Part shown: positions 27,058 through 35,714 of the stretch, piece by piece
How the letters are laid out: each line of letters begins with the position of its first letter
How positions within the stretch are numbered: the first letter of the stretch is position 1
Origin: Alphaproteobacteria bacterium
Lineage (GTDB): Bacteria; Pseudomonadota; Alphaproteobacteria; RF32; CAG-239
Length of the DNA: 47,622 nt
NCBI GenBank assembly: GCA_017960745.1
Contig: JAGCYN010000021.1
Location: 1-47,622, forward strand
Direction: 5' to 3'
Notes under the pieces: generated by a model
Database searches by the model: none
What the model was told of the DNA's origin: nothing
What the model saw: the letters and a program-made list of their open reading frames with translations, nothing else
Translations under genes and position numbers: made by a program

Positions 27058-27444
27058 TTATTTTTCACAGCTTTTAGGATAAATCCAATCTTCACCGAGT
27101 TTATGACATTTATCCAATGTAAATTCCGTATCACATTCTCCAGTCTTTTTATTTAGCGGCAAGTTATTATTTAAGCAAATTTCGTTAAAAACTTCTTTAG
27201 CCACACAACCTGCTTGTTTATAACGACATTTTTTGAAAAGTTCTATTTGGTCATCTGTCAACTTAATGCAACCGTTAATTTTGTTCCAGGCTAAACAATC
27301 TTCACGGCAACGATTTTCGTTGTAATCCCAAACATTACCCTCATCCAAACAGCCATTTTGTTCTAAAAAAACAAAATACTTCCAACTACCAAATAACAGA
27401 ACTGCTAAAATGATACAAATTTTAATTACTTTTGAATAATGCAT
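27058..27444 (-). CDS. Small exported or membrane-anchored Cys-rich protein (128 aa, 10 Cys)
   Basis: N-terminal hydrophobic helix KVIKICIILAVLLFGSW followed by a Cys-rich domain. SD GGAG precedes the ATG, which lies 11 nt after the stop of the SAA-like gene. Confidence 0.6.
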   Translation of the reverse strand: MHYSKVIKICIILAVLLFGSWKYFVFLEQNGCLDEGNVWDYNENRCREDCLAWNKINGCIKLTDDQIELFKKCRYKQAGCVAKEVFNEICLNNNLPLNKKTGECDTEFTLDKCHKLGEDWIYPKSCEK

Positions 27445-27455
27445 AATATCTCCGC

Positions 27456-28286
27456 TTACCAATATTTCTTAGGAAAAGCCGGATTTTTATTGCGATAATC
27501 TGCACAAGCATCTTGTGCATTACGATATACTCCGGAATTTCCTCGTAATCGTCCTGTCGCATTTACACGCAAATCATAAAATCTATCTTTTTGGGCTTCA
27601 TCCTCATCTAATCCCTTATAGTACTGGTTCCAATAAAAGTCAAATTTTTCTTTTGCATCTCCCAAGGCCTTGGCAGTGTTATAACCATAAGGTCCTCGTG
27701 CTGCCGCATTGAAATTTGCTTTACAATGATGATAATCATCCAAATTTTTATAACCATGATTTTTCATTTTAAAATACTCGGATGCCATATCCATTGTACC
27801 CCCGACAATTTGATGAATTGGAGATTGTTGATTTGTTGTTTGCAATGTATCTACATTTTGATTACTCAAACCGCTTGTGTTGTTATTCTGAAAATAACTG
27901 CTTGGTTTGCCGACTAGGCTTTCGGTATTGACGGTATAATCGGAATTTGCAAAAGCTTGACCATTATTTGTACCATTACCAAATCCGCTGTTGTTCAACT
28001 GATTTGTAACGTTTTGAATATTTTGGCTTATGTTTGAAGTGCCGAAGCCGTAGTTATTTTCCGGCGAACCACCCCAAAAATTTGTGCCATACTGCGGGTA
28101 GTTTTCTTCCGCTATTCCTTGCTTGGCAAAAACTTCCGCCAGTTGATTTTCTCTGGCCAATCGCGCGCTTTGATATTCCAATTCATCACGTGTTGAAAAT
28201 CCGCTGTGGTCAACCCCATAACTGTCAACTCCGCCGTTGCCGGATTGATAGCCGGTTAATTTTTTGATTTCATCCCATATATCCAT
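27456..28286 (-). CDS. Protein with an N-terminal Q/N/G-rich low-complexity region and a C-terminal serum amyloid A (SAA)-like domain
   Basis: aa 163-276 align without gaps to vertebrate SAA: DDYHHCKANFNAAARGPYGYNTAKALGDAKE versus [31 protein letters not shown], and the C-terminus NPAFPKKYW versus RPAGLPEKY. Strong SD AAGAGGAGAA. Confidence 0.8.
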   Translation of the reverse strand: MDIWDEIKKLTGYQSGNGGVDSYGVDHSGFSTRDELEYQSARLARENQLAEVFAKQGIAEENYPQYGTNFWGGSPENNYGFGTSNISQNIQNVTNQLNNSGFGNGTNNGQAFANSDYTVNTESLVGKPSSYFQNNNTSGLSNQNVDTLQTTNQQSPIHQIVGGTMDMASEYFKMKNHGYKNLDDYHHCKANFNAAARGPYGYNTAKALGDAKEKFDFYWNQYYKGLDEDEAQKDRFYDLRVNATGRLRGNSGVYRNAQDACADYRNKNPAFPKKYW

Positions 28287-28385
28287 GGTATTCTCCTCTT
28301 AAAAGTTTTAATTACTATTCTGATTAAAACTCTAACAGAAGAAAAACGGCTTGTATATGCCCTATAGCTTGCTAACGTTGTAACT

Positions 28386-28847
28386 TTAGCCAAGCAAAAG
28401 CTTTTTAAATTCGCGATTATTTTGTTGTGCCAACTGTCTTAATTTGTTCTTTTTGTTATGTTCTACATAAGGAATTTGCATTTCTTTTACTTTATTTGCT
28501 AAATACCATTCAACAAAACTGTTTGCCGTCAGTTTGATACCGATTTGTAGCGCTTCCTTGTATTTTTCTTTTTGAATTTCCGCAAATTTCTTTCTGAATT
28601 GCGCATATTTTTTATCACGAACAACTGCGCCCCTATGCGCTTTCTCTCTGTGATGAGTTTTAATTACGGCATCCATCGTTGTTGCATGAAGCTTGCCCCA
28701 GTCTTCTCTTGCTTCTTTGAGCAATTCTACCGCCCAAGATAAAATCTGCTGTTGAAACTCCCTGTTTTGATGTAAATATTCGTTATGCAAACACATTGCA
28801 TTGAATTGGCGCAACGCCTTAAAAGGTATAATTTCTTTGTAATCCAT
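28386..28847 (-). CDS. Hypothetical helical protein (153 aa)
   Basis: ORF with SD AAAGGAG upstream of MDYKEIIPF. No family recognised. Confidence 0.5.
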   Translation of the reverse strand: MDYKEIIPFKALRQFNAMCLHNEYLHQNREFQQQILSWAVELLKEAREDWGKLHATTMDAVIKTHHREKAHRGAVVRDKKYAQFRKKFAEIQKEKYKEALQIGIKLTANSFVEWYLANKVKEMQIPYVEHNKKNKLRQLAQQNNREFKKLLLG

Positions 28848-29015
28848 CTTTGCTCCTTTCAAAATAAGAAATATATTATATAATTAGGAAGCAAAATTCC
28901 AAAACACAAGTGTCATGCTAGCTTAGACAATAAAATCTGCGACGTTGTGTGAAAATTTTTGAATCGGTTTGCAATTTTACTTCAGTGCTTTTATGTTTGA
29001 AAACAAGAGGTAGTT

Positions 29016-30056
29016 ATGAGCATAGAAGAAAAGATATTTAAACGCACGATTATAGATTTTATCCGGTTGGAAAAATTCGGTTTTACCAAATCTGACGGCA
29101 AATGGACTTATAGCGAGCTGTTTATGGCCGGCGACTTTAAGGCGGTGGTAAACATTACGCCAAAAGGCGATGTATCAGGAACAGTTTTTGAGACCGCTAC
29201 CGAAGACGAATTTTTGCCGCTGCGGGTTGAAAACATGGAGGGATTTGCCGGCGAGGTGCGCGCCGAATATCAAAAGATTTTGGATAATATCAAAGCCAAC
29301 TGTTGCCGGATTAACTACTTTGTGCACCCGCAATCTAACCGTCTGACGCAAGCGATTTTTGAAACTTATGGCGATGTGCCGGTTTTTCCGTGGGATAATG
29401 ACGATGCCGGCGTTTTCAAAAATCCGGATAACGGCAAATGGTACGCGCTGATTATGTGTATTGACCGGAGCAAGCTCAATAAAAAGCTTTCCGGCAAAAT
29501 TGAGGTGATGAATATCAAGTTAGATGAAGTGAAAATACCGGAATTGCACAAACAAAAGGGCTTTTATCCGGCGTATCATATGAATAAAAAAAACTGGATT
29601 ACAATGACGCTTGATAACACCGTGCCGGATGAGTTTTTGCTTGCGTTGATTAACGAGAGCCACGCCTTTACACTTGGAAAACACAAGCGCCATCGCGCCG
29701 GAAATAATGCGTGGTTAGTGCCGGCAAATCCGAAATTTTTTGATATTGAAGCCGCTTTTGCCAAACAAAAAGAAATTATCTGGAAGCAATCGAGCGACTT
29801 GCAGGTTGGGAATACGGCGTATATGTATGTCGGCGCGCCGATTTCGGCGGTTTTGTATAAGTGCACGGTAACGGCGGTGGATATTCCGTATGATTACGAG
29901 GATGAAAACCTCAAAATCAGCAAGGTGATGAAAATTAAACTCATCAAAAAATATGCCAAGGATTTTATGAATTTGGCCAAGCTCGGTGAATACGGCGTCC
30001 GAACCGTCCGCGGCCCGCGGATTTGCCCGCCAAATTTAGCTGATGTGTTGAAATAG
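29016..30056 (+). CDS. MmcQ/YjbR-family domain protein fused to a C-terminal PUA/EVE-like domain
   Basis: The central region (VFPWDNDDAGVFKNPDNGKWYALIM...YHMNKKNWITMTLD) matches YjbR/MmcQ. The C-terminal WLVPANPKFFDIEAAF...VGNTAYMYVGAPISAVLYKC looks PUA/EVE-like. The stop is TAG, followed by a terminator. Confidence 0.6.
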   Translation: MSIEEKIFKRTIIDFIRLEKFGFTKSDGKWTYSELFMAGDFKAVVNITPKGDVSGTVFETATEDEFLPLRVENMEGFAGEVRAEYQKILDNIKANCCRINYFVHPQSNRLTQAIFETYGDVPVFPWDNDDAGVFKNPDNGKWYALIMCIDRSKLNKKLSGKIEVMNIKLDEVKIPELHKQKGFYPAYHMNKKNWITMTLDNTVPDEFLLALINESHAFTLGKHKRHRAGNNAWLVPANPKFFDIEAAFAKQKEIIWKQSSDLQVGNTAYMYVGAPISAVLYKCTVTAVDIPYDYEDENLKISKVMKIKLIKKYAKDFMNLAKLGEYGVRTVRGPRICPPNLADVLK

Positions 30057-30067
30057 AAAAGAATAAC

Positions 30068-30097
30068 AAAGGCGGTGGCATTCCCCACCGCCTTTTT
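30068..30097 (+). terminator. Rho-independent terminator
   Basis: AAAGGCGGTGG-loop-CCACCGCCTTT followed by a T-run. Confidence 0.75.
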
Positions 30098-30236
30098 ATG
30101 AACGGCCTGTCACCCCAAGTATCTGAAGCCGGCCTCGGGTTGAGTAAAACGGGGAATACTCCCTCCTCAACGCTTCGAGCTATTATTAAAGTAGCACTTT
30201 TAATGTTCCTTGTCAATGTAACAAATTTAATAAGGC

Positions 30237-30581
30237 TTAAAACATTCCGCCGTTCCAGCCCCAGAGGTCAGCCGGATGGTAGGTTACGTAAACATTTGCG
30301 CCGTCAATACCGTAATCACTTTGCAAAATGTCACAAATCTCGCCGGTTAAGCCCTGACACGCCGATTTTGATGCCGATCCCAACAGTCGGATGGCGATAT
30401 AAGCACCTTTTTCGAGCTTTCGCTCTGCCATATACAGCGACTTATCGTCCTCAATGTTCGCCATAATATAAGCCTTCGGCTTGCCAAACGCGGCCGATAC
30501 GGCTCCGGTCAGCTTCTTTTGCAGGTCATCTTTCTGGCTTGCGTCCAGTTTAATACTCATTTTTGCTTCAATGTACGGCAT
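30237..30581 (-). CDS. MIF / phenylpyruvate tautomerase family protein
   Basis: 114 aa beginning MP (Pro1). FGKPKAYIMANI versus MIF TGKPPQYIAVHV. C-terminal WGWNGGMF versus MIF VGWNNSTF. Confidence 0.7.
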   Translation of the reverse strand: MPYIEAKMSIKLDASQKDDLQKKLTGAVSAAFGKPKAYIMANIEDDKSLYMAERKLEKGAYIAIRLLGSASKSACQGLTGEICDILQSDYGIDGANVYVTYHPADLWGWNGGMF

Positions 30582-30704
30582 TTTTTATCTCCTCCAAAAA
30601 ATTTTTATAATTTGCATTTATCGTAAACGATGAACTATGGACTTGCAAGTTATATTTAAAGGTTTATAGTTTGCAAATATCGCAACTATGAAGTATGAGG
30701 CAAA

Positions 30705-31154
30705 ATGCAGGTTATTAAGTATTATCAAGCGGAAAATCAGGCGCATTGGCGCGAAGAAATCGGCAAAGGCGATTGGTCGGCAGCGGAGTTGTTGCACGAC
30801 TGGCTGAAAGACGATAAGTTAAAGCAGATATGTGGGGATTCAACCGAAGTTTATCTGTTGACCGACGGCGATAAGCTGGTTTCGTTTGCCACTTTGGCGC
30901 CGCAAGATGAAATTGACGCGCCGGAACTGTCGCCGTGGATTGGGTTTGTATATACCTTTCCGGCCTATCGCGGCCATCGCAACGCCGGCAAACTGCTTGC
31001 CCACATATGCGAAGTCTTAAAATCTGCCGGAACCGAAAAAGTCTACATCTCCACCGATGAAGTCGGTCTTTACGAAAAATACGGCTTTACTTTTTGGCAG
31101 ACCATGACCACCCGCGAGGGCAAACCAACCCGAGTGTATGTAAAGAATTTGTAA
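30705..31154 (+). CDS. GNAT-family N-acetyltransferase
   Basis: 149 aa with the acetyl-CoA motif A region VYTFPAYRGHRNAGKLLAHI and the C-terminal YEKYGF. Confidence 0.75.
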   Translation: MQVIKYYQAENQAHWREEIGKGDWSAAELLHDWLKDDKLKQICGDSTEVYLLTDGDKLVSFATLAPQDEIDAPELSPWIGFVYTFPAYRGHRNAGKLLAHICEVLKSAGTEKVYISTDEVGLYEKYGFTFWQTMTTREGKPTRVYVKNL

Positions 31155-31229
31155 TTGAATGCAATCATACTCTTGTATTTTATTTTTTCTGAGATAATAT
31201 GCCTCCATATTTCATAAAAGGGAGAAAAT

Positions 31230-31775
31230 ATGTCATCTTTTATACAATTTATCAAACTTTTTATATCCGGAAACACGTTAAAAGGAATTAAATTCAGAAC
31301 CGTTTTATCCATCATTTTAACCTTTTCCGTTCTGATTATAGAAATTGCAATGTATTACATATATTGGGATTCTATTCCGGATATGATTCAATATGACTAT
31401 GATTTTTCCGGCACACCGAACAATATTTGCGAGAAAAAATGTATATGGTACAATATCCTGCTTCAAATATTTATTTGCGCTTTTGTGTTTGTTGTAAAAT
31501 ATCTTTCGTATAAAACGAAGCGCGTTCATAATATTGTTTATGATGAAAACAATAACCTCATTCCGATTATTGATAAGCGATTTTCGATGTTTGCATGGGA
31601 AACAGCAATGCTTTTTGTAACAACGGAACAGGGTTATATTTTTGCGCTGACCGATATTATTGAAAATCGCATGTGTGATGATGTTGTAACGTTGATATTC
31701 CTGTTTTGGCAGATTATACTTATCTTCGAATTTCGCTCCGATTTAAAAGTATTAAAAGCAAATAGCGACAATTAA
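31230..31775 (+). CDS. Membrane protein (181 aa), possibly DUF1648-like
   Basis: 4 predicted TM helices and SD GGGAGA. The first loop (WDSIPDMIQYDYDFSGTPNN) weakly resembles DUF1648. Confidence 0.5.
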   Translation: MSSFIQFIKLFISGNTLKGIKFRTVLSIILTFSVLIIEIAMYYIYWDSIPDMIQYDYDFSGTPNNICEKKCIWYNILLQIFICAFVFVVKYLSYKTKRVHNIVYDENNNLIPIIDKRFSMFAWETAMLFVTTEQGYIFALTDIIENRMCDDVVTLIFLFWQIILIFEFRSDLKVLKANSDN

Positions 31776-31813
31776 AAAAGAGCATAAAAACTTGCGTTCT
31801 TATGCTCTTAAAT
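31774..31813. terminator. Bidirectional terminator between convergent genes
   Basis: 10-bp stem AAGAGCATAA / TTATGCTCTT, flanked by an A-run on one side and T-rich sequence on the other. Confidence 0.55.
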
Positions 31814-31826
31814 AAATATTTCAGAA

Positions 31827-32126
31827 TTAATTGCAATAAACCGCAAAACTTTCTGGCGCATAAATTCCCATGGTCAAACCACCCATCAAGGAGTCATAAA
31901 AAGTCCAATGCGCATCGATGGCTTTAACGCCTCTTACCGGGCATAAATGAGCGACATCATAATCTGTTTTTTGCCACATTCCCCACAAGAAGAAATGACT
32001 TCTGCCTTCATATGTCGGTTCGGTATTTATACTTGATTGCTGACTGAGATTAAAACGAATAATATGATCACTGCCGCAAGCAGACAGCATTAAAACAAGA
32101 CCAACACAAATCAAAAGTTTTTTCAT
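31827..32126 (-). CDS. bor: Bor/Iss-family outer-membrane lipoprotein
   Basis: 99 aa with lipobox LSAC. SHFFLWGMWQ and GIYAPESFAVYC align with lambda Bor HHFFVSGIGQ and GIYTPLEARVYC. Same length as Bor (97 aa). Confidence 0.75.
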   Translation of the reverse strand: MKKLLICVGLVLMLSACGSDHIIRFNLSQQSSINTEPTYEGRSHFFLWGMWQKTDYDVAHLCPVRGVKAIDAHWTFYDSLMGGLTMGIYAPESFAVYCN

Positions 32127-32212
32127 AGATTACCTCTCATTAAGTTACAAACTATTGTTGTTTTAGAACAACCACGCCCAAATGTCAACAACGCTCAAAT
32201 CAGATTTAAGCC

Positions 32213-35200
32213 TTAAAAATTAAGCCTTAAACCCGCATTAAATTCATATGTTGTTCTGACATGACCGCCGGTTGTGGTTTCTGCCTCGCCATACACGGAT
32301 AAATTTTGATGAATATTCCATGTACCGCCGAGAGCAAATTCACCCCATGTGCCACCCAAATCTTCCCGATATTGACGGCTGGTCAGACCTTTGCTGACAA
32401 CAATTTTAGAATCACCTTTCCAATCATTTAAGACGGACGCTCGGACATAAACGCTGCCTTTTTTATCCGCAGACACCCAACCCGTCGCAATACCTAAACG
32501 GCCGACGGCACTTTTGACATCAGACTGTTTTACTTTGACGCCGCTGTCGGTAACATAGTCCGCACCATCCACATATCCGTATAAAAACTCTGTTTGCGGT
32601 TCTACGTAAAAATTCGTTCTGCCGACACCCAAGCGCCACCCGTATTCCACGGAAGCGGAATTTCCCGACGTGCTGTAACGACCGTGAGAATGATTGCCGT
32701 TTGCATTAAAACCGTAATCAGATTTCAAATGATGATGCTTCAACGTAATATCCACAAACTGCCCGTCTGCACCGAGCCAACCGCCGTAAAGCCCGTATGA
32801 ATAATTTTTATCGTCGGCTTTACCGATTTTGAGTTTTCCTTTGCCGTCGGTGTGCGAACCCATTAAACCGGCAAAGAAATTACCGAAACGATGGTCAATA
32901 CCGAATTGGAATGTTTTATAATCATTATGCAAACCCTTATATTTGCTTTGACCGGCAATAAATTTTGCCCATGCACCGCTTTCGCCCGGCATATCACGCA
33001 AATCACCCATACGCTTTTCAAGATCATTCATTTGCGCACGGAACACCTGAAAGCCGACGGAAGTAATTTTTTGCAGCGCATCAACCAAAGTATTTTTCTT
33101 TTCGTTGGCGGCAACAAGCTTCCCGTTAGGGTTAACAACAGCGTTAATTTCACCGCTGATTTCACCTTCGGCAATGTGCAAATTTAAATCCGAAGATGTT
33201 TGATTGTTGTTAATGGTTAAAATTTGTGCGCCCTGTTGAACCATTTGTTCCGTCGAATCACTTTGCAACTGATTTGCCAGATTGCTATCCAAATTCAACA
33301 CCAGATTTGAATCGTTTGTACCGGCATAAGTATCAATGGTAATCTGGTCTTTTTGAATTTTATCGGTTCTGAATTCCGCGTTTCCGGAATTTTGTAAAGT
33401 GTTGATTTCAATCGTACCGGTACCGGCATCAACGTTAAGATTGGCCTGCTTATGAACCGTTAAGTCATCAAACTGCGCCGTACCGTCCGCGGTTTTAACA
33501 ACTATGTTGCTCATTCCGCCGGCCGAAACCTTTCCGTTACCGACAAAATTGACCGCCGCTACATTACCGTTTGACAGCGCAAGTTCGGTATTTTCTTCCG
33601 TTTGCAAGGTATTCACATCAGCATTTCCGCCGTAAGTCAGCTTACCGCCGACAAGCAAAACATCAAAACCGTCAGCACTTATAATATTTCCGGCGTAACT
33701 CATTTCAAAATCCGGATCAGCATCTTCTGTGGCATTTCCCTCATCATCGGGCTCAAAACCAAAAGTCAGAAGCGTTCTGTCAGCTTCTTCTTCCGGTTTA
33801 AACAATGTCATCCCGTTACCGTAATTTCCGTAACGATTACCGGCGGAAGACCAATCGGATATAATATCACCGCTGATTTGCGCGCCGTTTAAAATGTTGA
33901 TTTCTCTGACCAACGCATTATCCGAAATATAAATTGCGGACTTACTGCCGGCAACACGACCGCTGATATCTACCTGCGCCGCCAAAGGTCCGTTGATTGC
34001 GTCAACCGTTCCGTCTTCATCAACATCGGTCCATTGGCCCGTTTCATCGTCTTTTTTAACCTGAAAATAAGAACCGCGATATTCATTTTGGTCGCCCAAG
34101 AGATTACCGCCAAAATCAAAACGCAAGGCATCGCCGCCCGAACCCATAGCCTCAACGACACCCTGAATATTCAAAACATGACTGTTACCGTAAGAAACCA
34201 ATACACCGATATTATCCTTGCCGTTGGCTTGAACCGCAACACCGTCCGGAACAATCAATGTATTTTCTTGACCGTCAATGCGAACACCGTAGGCCGCTTC
34301 GCCGCGTGTTTTAATATCGGCCGCCTGCGTTACGGTATTGTTATTTCCGTAAAGATGCAACCCTATGCCCCAATTTTGGTCACTGTCAAAACCGTTATCG
34401 TTTGTATAGGTCAGCCAATTGTTATAAATGGAAAAACCGAAAAACCGGCGTCGGTCAATATTGGTAAAACCGATATCCTGCAAAACGGCAAGTTCCGCTT
34501 CCATGAAAGTTCCCCAATTTCGATAATCCTGATGGCTCATCATGCTGTTTTGCAATTCCAAATGGCTCATTTCCGGAATCTCGACAAGTTGATCATCGTC
34601 ATCATAATCAAGCTCATAACCGTTCACGGGAATACCCTTCACCGTCAAACCGTCCAAATCTCCGTCAGGAAGCGCCAATTCGGTTGTTTGACCGTCAACC
34701 GTCAAAACCTCTTCAACATTATCGCCCCAAAAATAAGCACCGCTTTGCGAGCCGTTGTTATACTGATAAAAGCTGTCTTCATCCGGGTCGTCAACCGGAC
34801 CTTTTTCAAAAATCATGCCGGGTAGTAACTGTTGATCATAGATATCATAGAGATGGCTGCTGAATACCGAATTGTTCGGCGTTGCATAAAAAAAGGTGTC
34901 GCCGTCATCATCTTCATCATCATCAACCGAAGTGGAAATTCCCAAACCGTGCATCATTTCATGAATAATAACGGAAGACATTGCCGCACCTTCACCCTTG
35001 TTTGCCAACGAATATAAGAAATCGCCGTCTTTGTCGCCCATTTCGCCGACGTTCAAAATGCCGGTCGGTAATTGCCTATTTTTATCTTGGTCCATAAACC
35101 ATGTGCTTAAACGAGTGCCGGATATACCTTCAATTGTGCCGCTGGTGGCAGATTCAAACGAGGCGTTTTCTTCCGTATCGGCTAATGTTTCAATAACCGG

Positions 35201-35509
35201 CGCTTCCGACGGAACACCGAAAACATCTTTAATATAGCGCATTGCACCTCGGACATTGGTTAAATCCTGATCGCTGAAAGAGCGGGTAACTTCACAACTG
35301 TCGCCCTCAGAACTGTTCAAATCTTCCGCGGAAAATTCAATTTCTTGCCCCTTATCATAAATACGCAGAACAACCATTTCATCGCCGTCAACCGCAATCG
35401 GCTGTTCTTTATAGGTGTATTCGTCCGGATTAAACGCCAATGCCGCCGAAATATAGAAATTAAAAATAAAAATTGCCGATAAAGTTCTTTTTAACAATAC
35501 CTTTGTCAT
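32213..35509 (-). CDS. Autotransporter with a zincin (HExxH) metalloprotease-like passenger
   Basis: Signal peptide MTKVLLKRTLSAIFIFNFYISAALA. HEMMH at 34949-34963, acidic runs and a repetitive beta-helix-like passenger. The C-terminal beta-barrel ends ...YEFNAGLRLNF. The start is set at the ATG with SD GAGG; the ORF track extends it to 35626. Confidence 0.8.
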   Translation of the reverse strand: MTKVLLKRTLSAIFIFNFYISAALAFNPDEYTYKEQPIAVDGDEMVVLRIYDKGQEIEFSAEDLNSSEGDSCEVTRSFSDQDLTNVRGAMRYIKDVFGVPSEAPVIETLADTEENASFESATSGTIEGISGTRLSTWFMDQDKNRQLPTGILNVGEMGDKDGDFLYSLANKGEGAAMSSVIIHEMMHGLGISTSVDDDEDDDGDTFFYATPNNSVFSSHLYDIYDQQLLPGMIFEKGPVDDPDEDSFYQYNNGSQSGAYFWGDNVEEVLTVDGQTTELALPDGDLDGLTVKGIPVNGYELDYDDDDQLVEIPEMSHLELQNSMMSHQDYRNWGTFMEAELAVLQDIGFTNIDRRRFFGFSIYNNWLTYTNDNGFDSDQNWGIGLHLYGNNNTVTQAADIKTRGEAAYGVRIDGQENTLIVPDGVAVQANGKDNIGVLVSYGNSHVLNIQGVVEAMGSGGDALRFDFGGNLLGDQNEYRGSYFQVKKDDETGQWTDVDEDGTVDAINGPLAAQVDISGRVAGSKSAIYISDNALVREINILNGAQISGDIISDWSSAGNRYGNYGNGMTLFKPEEEADRTLLTFGFEPDDEGNATEDADPDFEMSYAGNIISADGFDVLLVGGKLTYGGNADVNTLQTEENTELALSNGNVAAVNFVGNGKVSAGGMSNIVVKTADGTAQFDDLTVHKQANLNVDAGTGTIEINTLQNSGNAEFRTDKIQKDQITIDTYAGTNDSNLVLNLDSNLANQLQSDSTEQMVQQGAQILTINNNQTSSDLNLHIAEGEISGEINAVVNPNGKLVAANEKKNTLVDALQKITSVGFQVFRAQMNDLEKRMGDLRDMPGESGAWAKFIAGQSKYKGLHNDYKTFQFGIDHRFGNFFAGLMGSHTDGKGKLKIGKADDKNYSYGLYGGWLGADGQFVDITLKHHHLKSDYGFNANGNHSHGRYSTSGNSASVEYGWRLGVGRTNFYVEPQTEFLYGYVDGADYVTDSGVKVKQSDVKSAVGRLGIATGWVSADKKGSVYVRASVLNDWKGDSKIVVSKGLTSRQYREDLGGTWGEFALGGTWNIHQNLSVYGEAETTTGGHVRTTYEFNAGLRLNF

Positions 35510-35714
35510 AATCAACCTCGCATTGATGTGCCATAACAGCGGTTTATTTTCGGTGTGATTGTATGAAATTTCATTTGAAAAAGCAAGATTTTTACAACAT
35601 TCACGCATATACACTAAGCAAAACATAGCGTTGCGGGGTGAAAATGCCCCGCAATTTTTTTATGCTTTGCTTTTATTGCAAATATGTGTTAAATTAACAC
35701 CGGAGAGGATACCT

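Noticed and set aside
28306-28333. AT-rich 9-bp hairpin (AGTTTTAAT...ATTAAAACT) between the 153-aa gene and the SAA-like gene, as a possible terminator
   Set aside because: The stem is entirely A/T and overlaps the region just upstream of the SAA-like gene's SD. It is too weak to call. Whether the 153-aa gene is co-transcribed therefore remains open.
29965-30466. ORFs 29965-30216 (-) and 30098-30466 (+) in and around the MmcQ-MIF intergenic region
   Set aside because: They overlap a terminator and the well-supported MIF-like gene on the opposite strand. They have Arg/Pro-rich unnatural composition and no SD.
35510-35714. N-terminal extensions of the ORF track for the autotransporter (to 35626) and the DUF3137 gene (from 35559)
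   Set aside because: The two extensions overlap each other on opposite strands, lack SDs and encode non-signal-like peptides. Internal ATGs with good SDs give a proper signal peptide for the autotransporter and a sensible start for the DUF3137 gene.
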